Shown: positions 61,109 through 64,000 of the stretch, piece after piece | Position numbering within the stretch: the first letter of the stretch is position 1 | Layout of the letters: every line of letters begins with the position of its first letter | From: Felis catus | Lineage: Eukaryota | Direction: 5' to 3' | Assembly: GCF_018350175.1 (NCBI RefSeq) | Contig: NC_058370.1 | Coordinates: 90,582,001-90,646,000 of the forward strand | DNA: 64,000 nucleotides | Made by a program: the position numbers and the translations under genes | Notes under the pieces: generated by a model | Databases searched by the model: none | What the model saw: only the letters and a program-made list of their open reading frames with translations | What the model was told of the DNA's origin: nothing

Positions 61109-62963
61109 GGCCGACGGGGCTGTGGCGGTCCCGCCGCCGGCTGCGCTGGGCGCAGCAGCTGCCTGGGCCCCAGACCGCGGCTCCCGATCTGGGCCCCCAG
61201 CTTCGGACCCGCCCCCCGCGCTGGGCCCAAGCCCCTTGTGCCCCTCCTCCTGCGCCCCCAACCCCCATCCCGGGGCCGCGGTGGGTCTGGAGCTGGTAGA
61301 TGTCCCCGCAGCTGTATTTCTAACAGGGTGGGGAGGCGCGGAGAGCAGACCAGGAACAACCTGCCATACCCGGCCGCCGAGCTGCTCCGCGTGGCAGGGC
61401 ATGGCCCCGTACACGCTCTGACTGGACGCTTCCTGGACGGCCCGCAGATTCTGTGTACTATCGACTCCCCGCCTAGCCGCTGCCCTGGCTCATAAAGTAG
61501 TCGGCAATAAATTGCTTCCCCTTGCCCCAACGGATGGGATTTGCAGAATTCCGAGGAGGGAGATCAGACCTGACCGTTCTAGGATCTCTGATCCCTCCTA
61601 AAAAGGATCTTGGTCTCCTGACCTAGCCCCCTCGTCCCCGCCCCACCCCTGCAGAACCCTCTTGAAGAGGTCCCGGCGGCTGGAAGTTATTAGAGTGGCG
61701 CGAGGGGCCTGGGGGAACTCAAGACTTGGAAGGACCTGGCCTGGCGGAATTTCTGCAACCGGGAATAATGGGGATGCGATGCGGAAGCAAAAGCAGGTGA
61801 GTGGATCCACCAGCTCTCTGGCTGGACCCGGGCTTGGAGGCCCTGAGAAAGTCAAAGCACATGGAGAAGTGGAATAGACCGGGGCCTCGGGAAAGAAGAC
61901 ACAGCAAATCCGGAGCTATCGCTACTGCCCCCACCCAGGGGTCTTGGCCAGGGAAGACTGGCCTCCGCCGAGGCCTATCAGTCGATCTGTCTTTGCCTCC
62001 ATATTAAGCTCCTGTGGTTCAAACAGGGATTCCCAGCCTCCAAAGCCCAGAAACCACCCTGTAGAGCAGCAATGGAAAGGGCCACTGGTCACTCCCCATA
62101 GAAAAGTGACTTGCAGATCAGACTTCATGGACCCAACCAGATCCTGGGACAGAAACCCCTGCCAGCTCAGGGACAAACCCTAAGGTCTGGGATATTCATT
62201 CCTATTTTATTTGTGTCCTTTCTTTCTTTTCTCCCACACCTATTCCGGTCCTGGGCTCACACCTGAGTGAGCGCCCTACAGCTGTCCTTTGTAGGAAGAA
62301 GGCAGCTCTGGAACAGTGGTTGCTCCACCAGTGGAGGCCCAACAAGGCAAGGGGATTCACAGCCCAGAGGCAGAGAAGCCCCACCACTCCTGAGGAGCTC
62401 ACCATTCCTGAGGAACTTGCTTCTATGGGATTCTTCAAGTTTCTTCCCACAGTGCCAAGAAGTCCCTCCTGGGGTGTCCATTATGTCACCTTCTCTGTAG
62501 ACCTCTGCACCTCCCACCATTTGTGCGAAGATCCTCTGTGCCTATTCTCTGGGGCAAGTGGAGCCTGCCATTGAGGTGCCCTAAACAGAGCTTGAGAGAC
62601 CTAAGTTCCCTGGGCCAAAGATAATGGGGGTGAGGAACCCTCACCTGGCCGGAGGCACTAACCTGGCCTCCCAAAGATGGAGAAACACAGGGTCTTCTTG
62701 GTAATGAGTTCCCTCCAGTGACCCCTCCCATCCCCCAGACACACACAGACACTTGCATAGTACCCTCATGGCAGCCTGAGCAACACAGCCCAATGGCCCA
62801 CTGATTGGTCTAAGAACAGAGCTAGGCCACAGCAGAACACTGAGATGCCTCAGGATCTTGTTAATTGGTTATTAATGGTAGGAGGCGGAGGGAGGCCAAG
62901 AGAGAACCTCATGGCTGGAGGCCCCAGTCCTCTGAACCATGCTGGTGGTTTGACTTAATCTGC

Positions 62964-63174
62964 CTTTATTTTTTTTATGTTTATTTATTTTTGAGAGACA
63001 GAGAGACAGACATGAAAAGGGGAGGGGCAGAGAGAGAGGGAGACACAGAATCCAAAGCAGGCTCCAGGCTCTGAGCTGTTAGCACAGAGCCTGACATGGG
63101 GCTCGAACTCACAAACTGTGAGATCATGACCTGAGCTGAAGTCTGACACTTAACTGAGCCACCCAGGTGCCCCA
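62964..63174 (-). mobile_element. Can-SINE (SINEC_Fc-like)
   Basis: 12-bp TSD gacttaatctgc at 62952-62963 and 63175-63186. Confidence 0.95.
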
Positions 63175-64000
63175 GACTTAATCTGCTTTTAAAGAGGGTC
63201 CCAGGAAGCTGCAGGAACTGCCTAGCTCATGTCCCATGCCTGTCACCAAACAGACACTACAACCCTCCTCTGTGTAGCTTTTATGTCATCTCTTCCTCTG
63301 CTCTCAATTACTAGTATGTTTGTGAGGAGTGCCCTCTCTCCTGAAGGGCATTTGCCCTTTCTATCCCTCCCACCTATCTACCCCCCCCCCGCCCCTGCAA
63401 ACTGCAACCAGGCTCAGGTAATGGGGTTCGATGACAGAGGGGTTGAGAGGTCCCCATTTGGGGGATGAAAGAGAAGGCGAGACTAGTAAAGGGAGGAGGC
63501 CGCTGACAGCAGAGCCCTAAGGCTGTCCCAGCGGCCAGGGACTAGTCCAGACAAGGGGGGGGCCACAGGAGGGGACTTCTCCAGCAATGCCTCTGGAACC
63601 TGAGCTGGGGAGAAACCCGATCCCCATGTTGGGGGGAGGGTAGGAGGAGGGTGAATGATTAATGAGGGAGATTAAGAGATTAAACTTGGGTTCTGGGCTG
63701 GATGGGAAGGGGGTGCTGCATCAGTTGTCTTGTAGCCTTCACCCCCCATATACCCTCCACCCCCAAGGCCCAACCCTTCCTGTCCTGGACCTTCACAGAG
63801 TGATCCACAGACAGGCACCTTTCCGCAGCCCCCCTCCAACCCCCCCCCCCCCCCCCCGTTCTGATAGTCTTCCTTTCTCAGCATTCTCCAGCAACCCCTC
63901 CTGTCTCCCACCTCCACGGATTCCCCTTATTGTCCTTTCAGACATTTGGGGTCCTCTGCTCCTCCTCCTTGTAGAGATCCCCACATTCCGACTTTCACTC

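Larger units (their letters stand above)
58780..61500. promoter_or_regulatory. CpG-rich domain over LBX2 and its promoter
   Basis: CpG density across both exons and upstream, typical of developmental homeobox loci. Confidence 0.7.

Noticed and set aside
59295-61495. Plus-strand ORFs opposite LBX2, and an LBX2-AS1 orthologue
   Set aside because: The ORFs are GC-rich antisense shadows; a lncRNA cannot be called from sequence alone

Overview
Mammalian genomic DNA, almost certainly from a cat-family (Felidae) genome: it carries about 26 carnivore tRNA-derived SINEs of the SINEC_Fc type. The region is syntenic with human 2p13.1. Gene order: WDR54 3' end (+), RTKN (-), INO80B (+), WBP1 (+), MOGS (-), MRPL53 (-), CCDC142 (-), TTC31 (+), LBX2 (-). 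I rebuilt exon structures by hand from GT-AG boundaries and recalled human/mouse proteins. All readable frames are intact and give the expected lengths. Of five N-runs, one interrupts a MOGS exon, two almost certainly hide whole coding exons (WBP1, TTC31) and one may hide an RTKN first exon. There is no evidence of a prokaryotic-type or wholly new multi-gene system. The best leads are isoform-level and regulatory: (1) a 78-bp near-perfect duplication flanking the last TTC31 exon, whose second copy looks like a new 3' splice site opening a 72-codon alternative terminal exon; (2) a WBP1 leader ORF with three strong ATGs that can act as a uORF or as an alternative N-terminus; (3) two candidate unannotated RTKN first exons, one of which would drop the Rho-binding domain; (4) back-to-back WBP1/MOGS poly(A) signals; (5) weak termination of CCDC142 and MRPL53. 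Orthologue comparisons are from memory and were not run.
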